This document shows positions 1-49,151 of a stretch of 64,000 nucleotides of DNA, in pieces. Position 1 is the stretch's first letter. Each line of letters starts with the position of its first letter. The position numbers were made by a program, and so were the translations under genes. Under the pieces are notes generated by a model. That model did no database searches, had not been told where the DNA came from, and worked only from the letters and a program-made list of their open reading frames with translations. The stretch is from Dendrobates tinctorius (taxonomy: Eukaryota): contig NW_027361982.1 in assembly GCF_039654945.1 (NCBI RefSeq), positions 1,674,001 to 1,738,000 of the forward strand, in the 5' to 3' direction.

Positions 1-203
1 GAGGGGGCTGCCGAGCAGGAGCCATAGCTCAGGAGGGCACAGAACAGAAGTGAGGAATATCCAGGAGCCGGCGGGCTCAGCAGCAGTACAGGGCTGTGTG
101 AGGTACAGGTCGCCTGTTGCCCCCAGCATGGGAATGATTGCAGAGTCTGCCATGCCAGCACAGTGGGTAGAGCCTGAGACTTCACAGTAGGCGATCGCTG
201 AAA

Positions 204-37685
<37,482 letters not shown>

Positions 37686-38284
37686 GCTGCTGGCGCCTCC
37701 TCCTGGTAGGAATGTGCCCTCACCTGTGCTGCCCCCACCCTAACTGTCCTCTGCCCCTCAGCTATCCGGGCATAGCAGGAAGTGGCCCCTGCACCAGCTG
37801 CCTCCTCCCAGGGCCCCTGAGAGCCTCCCTGGCCGGGGCGGATGTCCTCAGCCTGTCCTGGCTCTGCTCCTCCCGCCTCTCCCTGTGCAGATCTACAGAC
37901 GCATCTGTCTCTCTGGATCCCTCTGTCTCTCCCTTTCTCTCTGTTTCTTTCTTTCCTCTCTGTTACAAGCTATCACTTCCTCTCTTTTGGGATCTGCCTT
38001 CTCTTAAAGCGGCCACAAGCCACAGCCCCACCACTTAAAGCAGCAACGCCACATGCACCTTCCCCCACACCAGGATCTGCAGCCCCCAGGGGTTTGTACA
38101 GTATGGAGGGAGGGGAGCGCACACCTGGCAGGTGGCCGCATGATACTCCACATAAAGTCTAAATCCACATGGAAAATATTTAGAACTTCTCAATCATCAA
38201 CCAATCACACAGCAGCTTTGATTTCATTAATCTTCCCCAAAGACTCTGCGGAGCAGACAGATCCCAAAATATAAGGGACGCATG

Positions 38285-38651
38285 TTGATGATTATGGTTT
38301 ACAGCCAATGAAAACCCAAAAGTCATTATCTCAGTAAATTAGAATACTTTATAACACCAGCTTGAAAAATGATTGTAAAATCTGAAATGTATGTTCAGTA
38401 GATGCACTCAGTACTTGGTCGGGGCTCCTTTTGCATCAACTACAGCATCATTGCGGGGTGGCATGGAGGCGATCAGCCTGTGGCACTGCTGAGGGGTTAT
38501 GGAATCCCAGGTTGCTTTGATAGCAGCCTTCAGCTCATCTGCATTGCTGGGTCTGGTGTCTCTCATCTAATATATGAGTTTCACTTTTTGTAATGAAGAA
38601 CTGAAATAAATTAACACTTTGCTGATATTCTAATTTAGTGAGATGCACCTG
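38285..38651. mobile_element. Internally deleted Tc1-like remnant
   Basis: Ends ...ATTCTAATTTAGTGAGATGCACCTG|TA; inner inverted copy TATCTCAGTAAATTAGAATA at about 38327. Confidence 0.55.
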
Positions 38652-38980
38652 TATAGGTTTGTGCAGAGCTGCAATGAAGAATTGCTTCTAATGGGTATAA
38701 ACTCCAAATGAAGCACTGGGGAGGTACAGGCCTGCAACACTCTAAAGTGACCCCTGGGGGTTGGTTGGGTGAACTGCATTTACAGATAACAGCTGAGACA
38801 CCAGAGTAGTACAGACACACACAAAGAAAAACAAGAGCCCGACCCTGCAGACGTCAGGAAAGGATGCCATCTTCTGAAACAAATTGATGTCAATCAGAAA
38901 TACAGACCGACAACCTGCTCGTTACATATCACAAAAATTATTTAATAAAGTGAAAAAAAAAAAAAAAAAAAAAAAAAGTT

Positions 38981-41900
38981 TCATTGTGGTATCAGGCGGA
39001 TGAGCTGAGCTTCACCTGGCGCCAGCTGCACGCTGTCCTGGAGCAGCTGACCTCTGTTGCGCTCCAGTTTGGTAGTCAACAATAATCGAACAGAGTTTGA
39101 GAAATAGGGAAATCGCAGAGACACATTGTGTGATCGATCAGAAGGCCCAATAAGGACTAAAAGCGTGGAACAGGCCCAGGAGGATAATGCACTGTAAGAG
39201 GAGCCATTAGATAAAAGCTGCAGCCAACCAGAGTAGAGCGCAGGGTTCTGGTATCGCAGGTGGAGAAGAGAACGGAGCCAGGAGGGCGGCGGGAGGGACT
39301 GTGGAGACAATGAGGAAAAAGGCATCAACTGGGACAGATTATCAGGAAGTTCTCACTATGCAAAAGCACTCAATTCGTGTAGATTATAATACTGCCCCCT
39401 ACGTACAAGAATATAATTACTATAATACTGCCCCCCTATATACAAGAATATAACTACTATAATACTGCCCCCCTATATACAAGAATATAACTACTATAAT
39501 ACTGATCCCTATGTACAAGAATATAACTACTATAATACTGCCCCTATATACAAGAATATAAACTACTGTAATACTGTGCCATTCACAAGAATATAACTAC
39601 TATAATACTGCCCCTACGTACAAGAATATAACTAATATAATACTGCCCCCTATATACAAGACTATAATTACTATAATACTGCTCCTATGTGCAAGAATAT
39701 AACTATTATAAGAGTGTGTGCACACGTTGCGGATTCTGCTGTGGATCCGCAGCGGATTTGGCCCTGCGGATCCGCAGCAGTTTCTGCTGCATTGTACAGT
39801 ACCTTTATTTTCTATGGAAAATGAAAACTGCTGTGCACATGCTGCGGATTTTTCAGCGCGAATTTGCTGCGGTTTCAAATCCGCAGCATGTCACTTCTTT
39901 GTGCCGAACCCGCTGCAGTTTTACACCTGCTCTATTGTACAGGTGTCTAACCGCAGGCTAATCCGCAGATAAATCCGCAGCAGAATCCGCAACGTTTGCA
40001 CGCACCCTAATACTGCCCCTATGTACAAGAATATAACTACTATAATACTGCTCCCTAACTACAAGAATATAACTACTATAATACTGCCCCCTATGTACAA
40101 GAATATAACTACTATAATACTGCCCCCTATGTACAAGAATATAACTACTATAATACTGCCCCTACATACAAGAATATAACTACTATAATACTGCCCCTGT
40201 GTACAAGAATATAACTTCTATAATACTGCCCCCTATGTGCAAGAATATAACTACTATAATGCTGCCCCTACGTACAAGAATATAACTACTATAATACTGC
40301 CCCTACGTACAAGAATATAACTACTATAATACTGCCCCTACGTACAAGAATATAACTACTATAATACTGCCCCCTATGTGCAAGAATATAACTACTATAA
40401 TACTGCCCCTATGTACAAGAATATAACTACTATAATACTGCCCCTATGTACAAGAATATAACTACTATAATACTGCCCCCTATGTACAAGAATATAACTA
40501 CTATAATACTGCCCCCTATGTACAAGAATATAACTACTATAATACTGCTCCTATGTGCAAGAATATAACTACTATAATACTGCTCCTACGTGCAAGAATA
40601 TAACTACTATAATACTGCCCCCTATGTACAAGAATATAACTACTATAATACTGCCCCCTATGTACAAGAATATAACTACTATAATACTGCTCCTATGTGC
40701 AAGAATATAACTACTATAATACTGCTCCTACGTGCAAGAATATAACTACTATAATACTGCTCCTATGTACAAGAATATAACTACTATAATACTGCCCCTA
40801 CGTACAAGAATATAACTACTATAATACTGCCCCCTATGTACAAGAATATAACTACTATAATACTGCCCCCTATGTACAAGAATATAACTACTATAATACT
40901 GCCCCCTATGTACAAGAATATAACTACTATAATACTGCCCCCTATGTACAAGAATATAACTACTATAATACTGCGCCCTATGTACAAGAATATAACTACT
41001 ATAATACTGCCCCCTATGTACAAGAATATAACTACTATAATACTGCTCCTATGTGCAAGAATATAACTACTATAATAGTGCCCCTACGTACAAGAATATA
41101 ACTACTATAATACTGCCCCCATGTACAGTGCTGTTCCCACTATATCTTTTTCAGCTGTGTGATAGTGTCTCAGTCTTTCTGATGTGCGATACATATCTCA
41201 GTATGTGTGACCCTTATCGGGTCTGTGGCTCGTTTGCTGACCCCGAGGTGACACACCTGGTTCAGGGACAGTATGACGGTTCCAGGTAGGGTTACAGCCA
41301 GGAATTGTCTCAACTCCAGAGAATCAGTGTCGTCAGGTGTCACCTGCAGAAAATGAGAGGTTACTTTATGAAGTGCCCTTCCCCTCCCCCATTCCCCACT
41401 CACCTCCCAGGCCAGATCCTTCATGTCTGACCCCAAAGTGAACGGTTGCAGGTTCCAGTTGAGTAGCGGACAGGTGCACAGAAGTTGGGACTTATTTTTG
41501 GGTGCATCCTCGTCATCACACAGCCAATTAGGAAGCAGGATTAGCCTAATTATAGAGTTTTGTTAGAAATTTTGCTTTTGCGTGGATACGTCACTGTGCG
41601 ATTACTCGGTTGTCACCTTTCCTCCTCGCCGGCAATTTCTACTTCATTCAGGAGGATCTGAGATATCTGCAAAAAATCAAGACGTATCGTAGTCACCGAC
41701 TATAGTACAAGTGTCCAAAACTGTTCCCCGAACAACTATCAAAGTGATGTGATGTTAGATCAGATGTAGTCACAGCCCCGCCCCCTGGTGATGATATCAC
41801 TGAGTTGTCAGCCCCGCCCCCTGCTTATGACATCACTGAGTTGTCAGCCCCCCCCACCCCCAAGTACTAGTGCTGACAGTACTTCATTTCCCCTCTCACC

Positions 41901-43939
41901 ATCATTACAGTTGTTTTCTTGTCACCTAAAAGCTGGAACCCAGATACTCCATCTTCCATCCAGCTCCGGGCAGAGTCCTGCACAAGATGGGTTCAAGTTA
42001 CTAAAGCCGAGGGGCCACAGCGCTGGAGTGTGTAGGAGGGCTGTGAAATTTGTAGCGGATGACAGATATTTTTTAATAACTGCTGTGATGGTAATAATAT
42101 CTACAGTGTCACCACTCTTACAGTAAAAAAGCCCGCCCATCTTGGCAGACAGAACCTTCTTTCCTGTGCTACACACAGCTTCTCTGAGACTCCTTTCATT
42201 CTTTCCAGAGGTTTCCCATCTCTAGCTTCAGTAAAGATGACTGATCATGACTAAGACACAAACAGGTGAGAGATCCTACTGAAGAAACGAACAGGGTTCT
42301 TTACAGCAAGAGCAGAAAGGCCAAGATGGTTCATTGAGGAACAGTGGTGTGAATGTGTAAAATGGAAGTGCGCCCCCTCGTGGAGGAATAAAGGGTCATA
42401 CAGCCACACCAGAGTTTATCAATGAACCATTCTGTCCTCCCCTGTAAGGTTCATCTCCTTTCTCCACAGCTTGTCTGCTCTTACAGTAAAGAAGACTGTT
42501 CATTTCTGGAAACAGAATTCCTCCAACAGGAGGGGGCGCTCTTGTCTTCTGAGCAGTCAGATTTGCACCATATTGTATGGGCCATTTCTATACTGGCTCA
42601 GATTTATCTTCTCGCCTCAGAACACTAAATCCATGGAATTCCACGATAGTCTCTGGACGCTCATCAGTGCCAATATTACATCCCGTGTGTACGTTTTATT
42701 ACAGGGGTGTCTGGGTTTCCTATCTCAATGCAGCAGAGAACCGCTGCAGATATCCGCACCTGAGCCCCTAATAAGTGGCCGCCTTTAGATGCAGCTGCCT
42801 GATGCTGAGCTCTCCATGACCTGCAGACCGCAAGGCTTTTGGCCAACTTCCCACAATGAGTTTTTGATGCTGCAGATTTTCTGCACCAATTACAGAAATT
42901 AGATTCATTGCGTTTTTTAAAGTTACATTTTTCTCAGCTGCTTTGGTTTTTCCTCCCTGTGATCAGGTGCTAAATATACTGCTTTGTGTTGGACACGTCC
43001 CCGCTGCTTAGCGGTGATCAAACTTCATTGATAAAGTCAAGTGCAGATTACTTTTGCTTTTTTTTTTTTTAAAAAAACATAAATAACTAAATCTCCAAGT
43101 TTATGGAGAAAATCCAGAAAGGGAAATTAATATACAGAAGAGAATCTGCTCCAAAAGGCACAAGAAAAAAAAAGTGTGTGAACAGAGTCTTCCATTCTCT
43201 CCCCACAATCTCATGTATGAGCATCTCCCATAGACTGTATGACATCACAAAGTTGGGGAACATCACCTTCAGCCTCTGGACTTGATGGCCATCATACTCC
43301 TCCAGTATCCGGACCTCCAGGATGATGTGGAGACCTGGGAACGTGAAGACCACAGAGGTGATTACGACTCCGGGCCTGGTCACTCAGCGCAGCCCTACAG
43401 ACCGCCACAGCCACTTACCGTATTTCTGCCCCTCGGTCACCTGACCTCTCACACTCCCATTAGTCACCTCTTCATGGGGGAGTATGAGACCACCACACCC
43501 CAAGGATGACGCCTCTCGTATTCTGTGCATCACATCTGTAAGACATGGGGGGGGGGGGCAAGAGATGGGTAGAGGGGACAGGTCAGACTGCCCCCACATA
43601 ACACACGCTGCCCCCACACAGTGGGGTTTGTAGTTTCATGTCACCCAGAGAGAATCACAAGCCTGACATCACTGCCCCCCCTCCGTCACACATTGCAGGT
43701 GGGGTGGGGGGTCCCGCATATAACTTACCGGTCTGTGGCGCCAGTCCTGCGATGCGGCAGATCACTCGGCGTTGGTGCCACACGCTTGGTGGAGGCGGCA
43801 CGTACGCCTGGGCAAGAATGGCGATGGCAGAACTAAGCAGCGCAGCAAGTAATACCCAGAAAAGCACCAGCAGCCCCCGACGTACGCACACCCAGCCACG
43901 GGCGTCCTGCTCGGGCCTCAGGAGCGGCTGGGACTCCAT
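38981..43939 (-). CDS. Divergent SLC3 (4F2hc/rBAT)-like type II membrane glycoprotein with degenerate alpha-amylase-like ectodomain, 8 coding exons, 356 aa
   Basis: Exons: 43729-43939, 43419-43535, 43267-43334, 41900-41977, 41617-41666, 41404-41545, 41257-41343, 38981-39298. All GT-AG, phases 1,1,0,0,2,0,0, 1071 nt, no internal stop. Motifs collinear with SLC3A2 (recalled): WVCVRRGLLVLFW-TM-AIAILAQ (cf WVRTRWALLLLFW..AVVIIVR), WHQRRVICRI (cf WWHTGALYRI), GLHIILEV (cf IRVILDL), DSARSWMEDGVSGFQ (cf DALEFWLQAGVDGFQ), FLAVTLPGTVI (cf LFTLPGTPVF), LRYQNPALYSG, LLLTT...LAPGEAQLIRL (cf LLLST...LEPHEGLLLRF). ATTAAA on the minus strand at 38941-38946. Confidence 0.85.
39385..41120. repeat. 35-36-bp minisatellite (TATAACTACTATAATACTGCCCCCTATGTACAAGAA)n in the last intron of the SLC3-like gene
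   Basis: Clear tandem periodicity, interrupted by the MITE at 39712-40007. Confidence 0.96.
39712..40007. mobile_element. Harbinger-type MITE inserted in satellite
   Basis: TAA|GAGTGTGTGCACACGTTGCGGATTCTGCTG...CAGCAGAATCCGCAACGTTTGCACGCACCC|TAA; the duplicated TAA comes from the satellite unit. Confidence 0.85.
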
Positions 43940-44405
43940 GTCTCCCTGGCTGCGTCTCCTCCTGCAGATCTTATACTTCAGTATTTGCTGACCAGAAAAT
44001 CGCCACCAGGTGTGAAGAGGAGTGTCACATTCTACATCCACCATCATCGCCCCACCCGAGGAGACAACGAGGGTCCAAGCAACCGACCAACCTCTGTACA
44101 ATCACAGTACCACCAAAAATGGAACACACACACAAAAAATCAAAATTATGCACCCAATCTACAAAACCAGGTACCTGAAAAGTCAGTGGTCAGACCTGCT
44201 TAACTAGCTAATCATGGCGGCCACCGCATTGGGGGGATGGCTGGATGAGCAGTTTTCCAGTCCCCAGACACTGCTGGCAGCTGCCACCTTCCTACACACT
44301 GAGGCCATGATCCCGGCAGCCAGCGATAATGTGAGCCCAGGTGAGGCTGCGGTGATGATAACCTGGACCGGACGAGGGAGGCCTCGATCATGGCTCCACA
44401 TAAAG

Positions 44406-45233
44406 CAGTGGTCCTCAAACTTAAACAGGGGGCCAGATCATAGTTCCTCAGACCATTGGAGGGCCGGAATATAGTTTAAAAAAAAATATTGAACAAATTC
44501 CTATGCACACTGCACATACTGCATCTTATTTTGAAGTAAAACAACAAAACAGGAAAAAATGCAAATTTAAAATGAAGAAGTAAAGTTAAATCAACAAACT
44601 TACAAATTTTTCAAGGGGTTCTTTGAATACCCTACACTTTGCGTCAATTTTTCCTCTTTCTTGATGTCATTGTTTCCTAGGGATTCCAAATTGCTATTAG
44701 TAAAATACCAATATATATATACCTATATATATATATACACAGCGGTACAAAAACAATATAGCAACAATAAAATTGCCCACACAGAGACATACAGACTGCA
44801 CTGTCCATCAATGCAGCCTCAACAGTGCCCATATTGGTGGGACTCCACTTTTACCTCTGGCTAAGACTGGTGTGGTGTGAGAGTCCCCGATAGGCAGGTA
44901 AATGCCCCTAATAGGAGCACAGGTCCCCAATAGGATCCGGGGTTAAAAAAAAATACCAGTACTCACCTGCTCTGAAGAGGCGCCCACTCAACTCCGTCTT
45001 CTTCTGGCAGAGGCAGCGTGACGTCATCAGGCCGCGCAGGTCGTCTGTGTGTGCTCGCTGCATACGTAGGGCTGCGCAACACCTTTCCTCGCTGACTCCT
45101 TGTTCCGCCCGCGATTACAGGGCCTGCTGGCATTGAACTGCAGTGAAGTTCAATGTCGGCCAGGCCCAGGGGGCCGGATAAAAGTCCTCGGCGGGCCGCA
45201 TGTAGCCCAGGGGCCGTAGTTTGAGGACCCCTG
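44406..45233. mobile_element. Non-autonomous hAT transposon
   Basis: TIRs CAGTGGTCCTCAAACT / AGTTTGAGGACCCCTG; exact 8-bp TSD ACATAAAG (44398-44405, 45234-45241). Confidence 0.9.
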
Positions 45234-45679
45234 ACATAAAGGCTCCGGTGGTTTCCATGGAGATGTGTGATAATCATTTGAGCACACGATCCGTTTTATA
45301 GTCACCACGGTCTGACGGATCCTGATCACGTCAGAGGGTCGCAAATCAAAATCACCCTCATCATCCTCGTCCCGCTGGATCTGGTCTTCATGATGTGTTA
45401 CTAATTTTCTTGTGATTTCATGTTTTTTTTATTTTTCTTTAGTAAAATATTTAGAAAGCTGCTTTACGATCTCTGTGACAAAACCGCCACGTGAATACAA
45501 CCGCACATGGAGATCGCGTCAATATGGCCGCCTTTATGGATTGTGTGTGTGTGCGAGGTGTGGCCAGTTTTTGTCACAACCTTGGTTCACATCCACAAGG
45601 TGCATTCACACCAGTAGCACGGCAGCCATGACGGTGGGGAAACAGCAGAAATATGGCTGCTACATCGGATGCCGTATAA

Positions 45680-46137
45680 GGCTAGTTTCACACTAGCGTT
45701 TATGAGCGCAGCGACGGCCTGCGCACGGCCGCCGCTAAGCCCCGCCCCGGCTGCGCCTCCGCCTCCGCCGGTAGCTCCGCCTACCGGCGCATGACGCTGC
45801 ATGCGCCCTGCGTCCCCTATCTTTATCACTGGGGGTGCAGGCCGTGCGCAGTATGCGTTTGGCGGCGCATGCGCCTTTTTGACGGTGCGCCGACCTGCGC
45901 CAAACGCAACCTGCTGCAGTTTGGTTGCGCCGGCGCACCGTCAAAAAGGCGCATGCGCCGCCAAACGCATATTGCGCACGGCCTGCGCCCCCAGTGATAA
46001 AGATAGGGGACGCAGGGAGCATGCAGCGTCATGCGCCGGTAGGCGGAGCTACCGGCAGAGGCGCGGCAGGGGCGGGGCTTAGCGGCGGCCGTGCGCAGGC
46101 CGTCGAAGCGCTCATAAACGCTAGTGTGAAACTAGCC
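45680..46137. mobile_element. Near-perfectly palindromic CpG-rich MITE (Harbinger-type)
   Basis: GGCTAGTTTCACACTAGCGTTTATGAGCGC...GCGCTCATAAACGCTAGTGTGAAACTAGCC; the whole element folds back; flanks TAA / TTA. Confidence 0.85.
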
Positions 46138-46249
46138 TTACAGAGGCACAATAGGAGGATAGTGCCGTATACAGCACAGAGCGGCATATGGCTCCACGCA
46201 CAGGCCCCCAACACTGCAGAGTAGAGACCCTTAATGGTGTGGGGTCGAT

Positions 46250-48925
46250 TTGTATGATTGTAGTATAGTAGTGTGGAGACATATCATTGTAGTATAGTAG
46301 TGTGGAGACGTATCATTGTAGTATAGCAGTGTGGAGACGTATCATTGTAGTATAGCAGTGTGGAGACATATCATTGTAGTATAGTAGTGCAGAGATGTAT
46401 GATTGTAGTATAGGGGTGCGGAGACGTATCATTGTAGTATAGTAGTGTGGAGAAGTATAGTAGTGTGGAGACGTATCATTGTAGTATAGTAGTGTGGAGA
46501 CATATCATTGTAGTATAGTAGTGTGGAGACATATCATTGTAGTATAGTAGTGTGGAGACATATCATTGTAGTATAGTAGTGTGGAGACATATCATTGTAG
46601 TATAGTAGTGTGGAGACATATCATTGTAGTATAGTAGTGTGGAGACGTATCATTGTAGTATAGTAGTGTGGAGACATATCATTGTAGTATAGTAGTGTGG
46701 AGACGTATCATTGTAGTATAGTAGTGTGGAGACGTATCATTGTAGTATAGTAGTGTGGAGACGTATCATTGTAGTATAGTAGTGTGGAGACGTATCATTG
46801 TAGTATAGTGGTGCGGAGAGGTATGATTGTAGTATAGGGGTGCGGAGACGTATCATTGTAGTATAGCGGAGATGTATGATTGTAGTATAGCGGTGTAGAG
46901 ACGTATGACTGTAGTATAGCGGAGACGTATCATTGTAGTATAGTGGTGTGGAGACGTATGATTGTAGCATAGTGGTGCAGAGATGTATGATTGTAGTATA
47001 GGGGTGTGGAGACGTATCATTGTAGTATAGCGGAGATGTATGATTGTAGTATAGCGGTGTGGAGACGTATGACTGTAGTATAGCGGAGACGTATCATTGT
47101 AGTATAGTGGTGCAGAGATGTATGATTGTAGTATAGGGGTGTGGAGACGTATCATTGTAGTATAGCGGAGATGTATGATTGTAGTATAGCGGTGTGGAGA
47201 CGTATGATTATAGTATAGCGGTGTGGAGATGTATGATTGTAGTATAGTGGTGCAGAGATGTATGATTGTAGTATAGGGGTGCGGAGACGTATGACTGTAG
47301 TATAGCGGAGACGTATCATTATATTATAGCGGTGCAGAGACGTATGACTGTAGTATAGCGGAGACGTATGATTGTAGTATAGCGGTGTGGAGACGTATGA
47401 TTGTAGTATAGCGGTGCGGAGATGTATGATTGTAGTATAGCGGTGCAGAGATGTATGATTGTAGTATAGGGGTGCGGAGACGTATGATTATAGTATAGCG
47501 GTGTGGAAACGTATGATTGTAGTATAGCGGTGCAGAGATGTATGATTGTAGTATGGGGTGCGGAGACGTATGACTGTAGTATAGCGGAGATGTATGATTG
47601 TAGTATAGCGGAGACGTATGATTGTAGTATAGCGGTGTGGAGACGTATGATTGTAGTATAGTGGTGCAGAGATGTATGATTGTAGTATAGGGGTGCGGAG
47701 ACGTATCATTATAGTATAGCGGTGCGGAGACGTATGACTGTAGTATAGCGGAGACGTATGATTGTAGTATAGCGGTGTGGAGACGTATGATTGTAGTATA
47801 GCGGTGTGGAGACGTATGATTGTAGTATAGCAGTGTGGAGACGTATGATTGTAGTATAGCGGTGTGGAGACGTATGATTATAGTATATCGGTGTGGAAAC
47901 GTATGATTGTAGTATAGCGGTGCAGAGATGTATGATTGTAGTATAGGGGTGCGGAGACGTATGACTGTAGTATAGCGGAGACGTATGATTGTAGTATAGC
48001 GGTGTGGAAACGTATGATTGCAGTATAGCGGTGCAGAGATGTATGATTGTAGTATAGGGGTGCGGAGACGTATGACTGTAGTATAGCGGAGACGTATGAT
48101 TGTAGTATAGCGGAGACGTATGATTGTAGTATAGCGGTGTGGAAACGTATGATTGTAGTATAGCGGTGTGGAAACGTATGATTGTAGTATAGTGGTGTGG
48201 AGACGTATGATTGTAGTATAGCGGTGTGGAGACGTATGATTGTAATATAGCGGTGTGGAGACGTATGATTGTAGTATAGCGGTGTGGAAACGTATGATTG
48301 TAGTATAGTGGTGTGGAGACGTATGATTGTAGTATAGCGGTGTGGAAACGTATGATTGTAGTATAGTGGTGTGGAGACGTATGATTGTAATATAGCGGTG
48401 TGGAGACGTATGATTGTAGTATAGCGGTGTGGAGACGTATGATTATAGTATAGCGGTGTGGAGACGTATGATTGTAGTATAGCGGCGTGGAGACGTATGA
48501 TTGTAGTATAGCGGTGTGGAAACGTATGATTGTAGTATAGTGGTTTGGAGACGTATGATTATAGCACAGCGGTGTGGAGACATATGATTGTAGTATAGGG
48601 GTGTGGAGACGCATTATTAGGCTATGTGCACACGTTGCGGAATCTGCTGCGTTTCCGCAGCGGTTTTGGCCCTGCGGAAACGCAGCAGTTCCGCTGACCA
48701 TGTACAGTACAATGAAACCCTATGGGGTTTCAAAAACGCTGTGCTGACGGTGCGGATTTTTCCGCACGGTTTTGCTGCGGTTTACAAACCGCAGCATGTC
48801 AATTGTTTGCGCGGATTCCGCAGCGGTTTCATACCTTTACCATAGTAGAGGTGTGAAACCGCAGGTCACTTTACCTGCGTTTCCGCAACGTGTGCACATA
48901 GCCTTAATATAGCGGTGTGGAGACG
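46250..48925. repeat. 29-bp minisatellite (GATTGTAGTATAGCGGTGTGGAGACGTAT)n with shorter deletion variants
   Basis: Tandem array ending about 230 bp upstream of the RTN2 ATG. Confidence 0.96.
48620..48903. mobile_element. Harbinger-type MITE inserted in satellite edge
   Basis: TTA|GGCTATGTGCACACGTTGCGGAA...TTCCGCAACGTGTGCACATAGCC|TTA. Confidence 0.9.
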
Positions 48926-49151
48926 TCTGATGACAGGATTGTGGGGTGGAGCGTTCCCTTGTCTCTCTGAATGGCTGTGTGCAGTCATTTCCTGCCCCCT
49001 CTCAGGCCTTTGTCTGCTGCGCTCGCCCCTCCCTGTGTTTGTGAGTTGTGTGTGTCAGGTTTGCTCCACAATGAGATGCTAGGCAGGGAGACAACACGCT
49101 GTGGGGTGCGCTCTTGTGGGTCTGTATGGGTATCACCGGCAGACAGCGGAT

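Noticed and set aside
38944-38977. AATAAA plus A-tract suggesting a retrocopy tail
   Set aside because: Spacing is only 3 nt and the adjacent gene has introns on the opposite strand; it is a T-tract in that gene's 3' UTR.
43940-44101. N-terminal extension of the SLC3-like ORF shown in the track (148 aa)
   Set aside because: It does not start at an ATG and crosses a plausible acceptor near 43988. ATG 43939 is preferred, but the start is not proven.
45735-46224. Mirror-image ORFs on both strands
   Set aside because: An artefact of the palindromic MITE.
44100-49100. PPM1N expected from mammalian synteny
   Set aside because: No PP2C motifs in any listed ORF; the interval is TEs, satellite and short unique sequence. 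A decayed remnant cannot be excluded.
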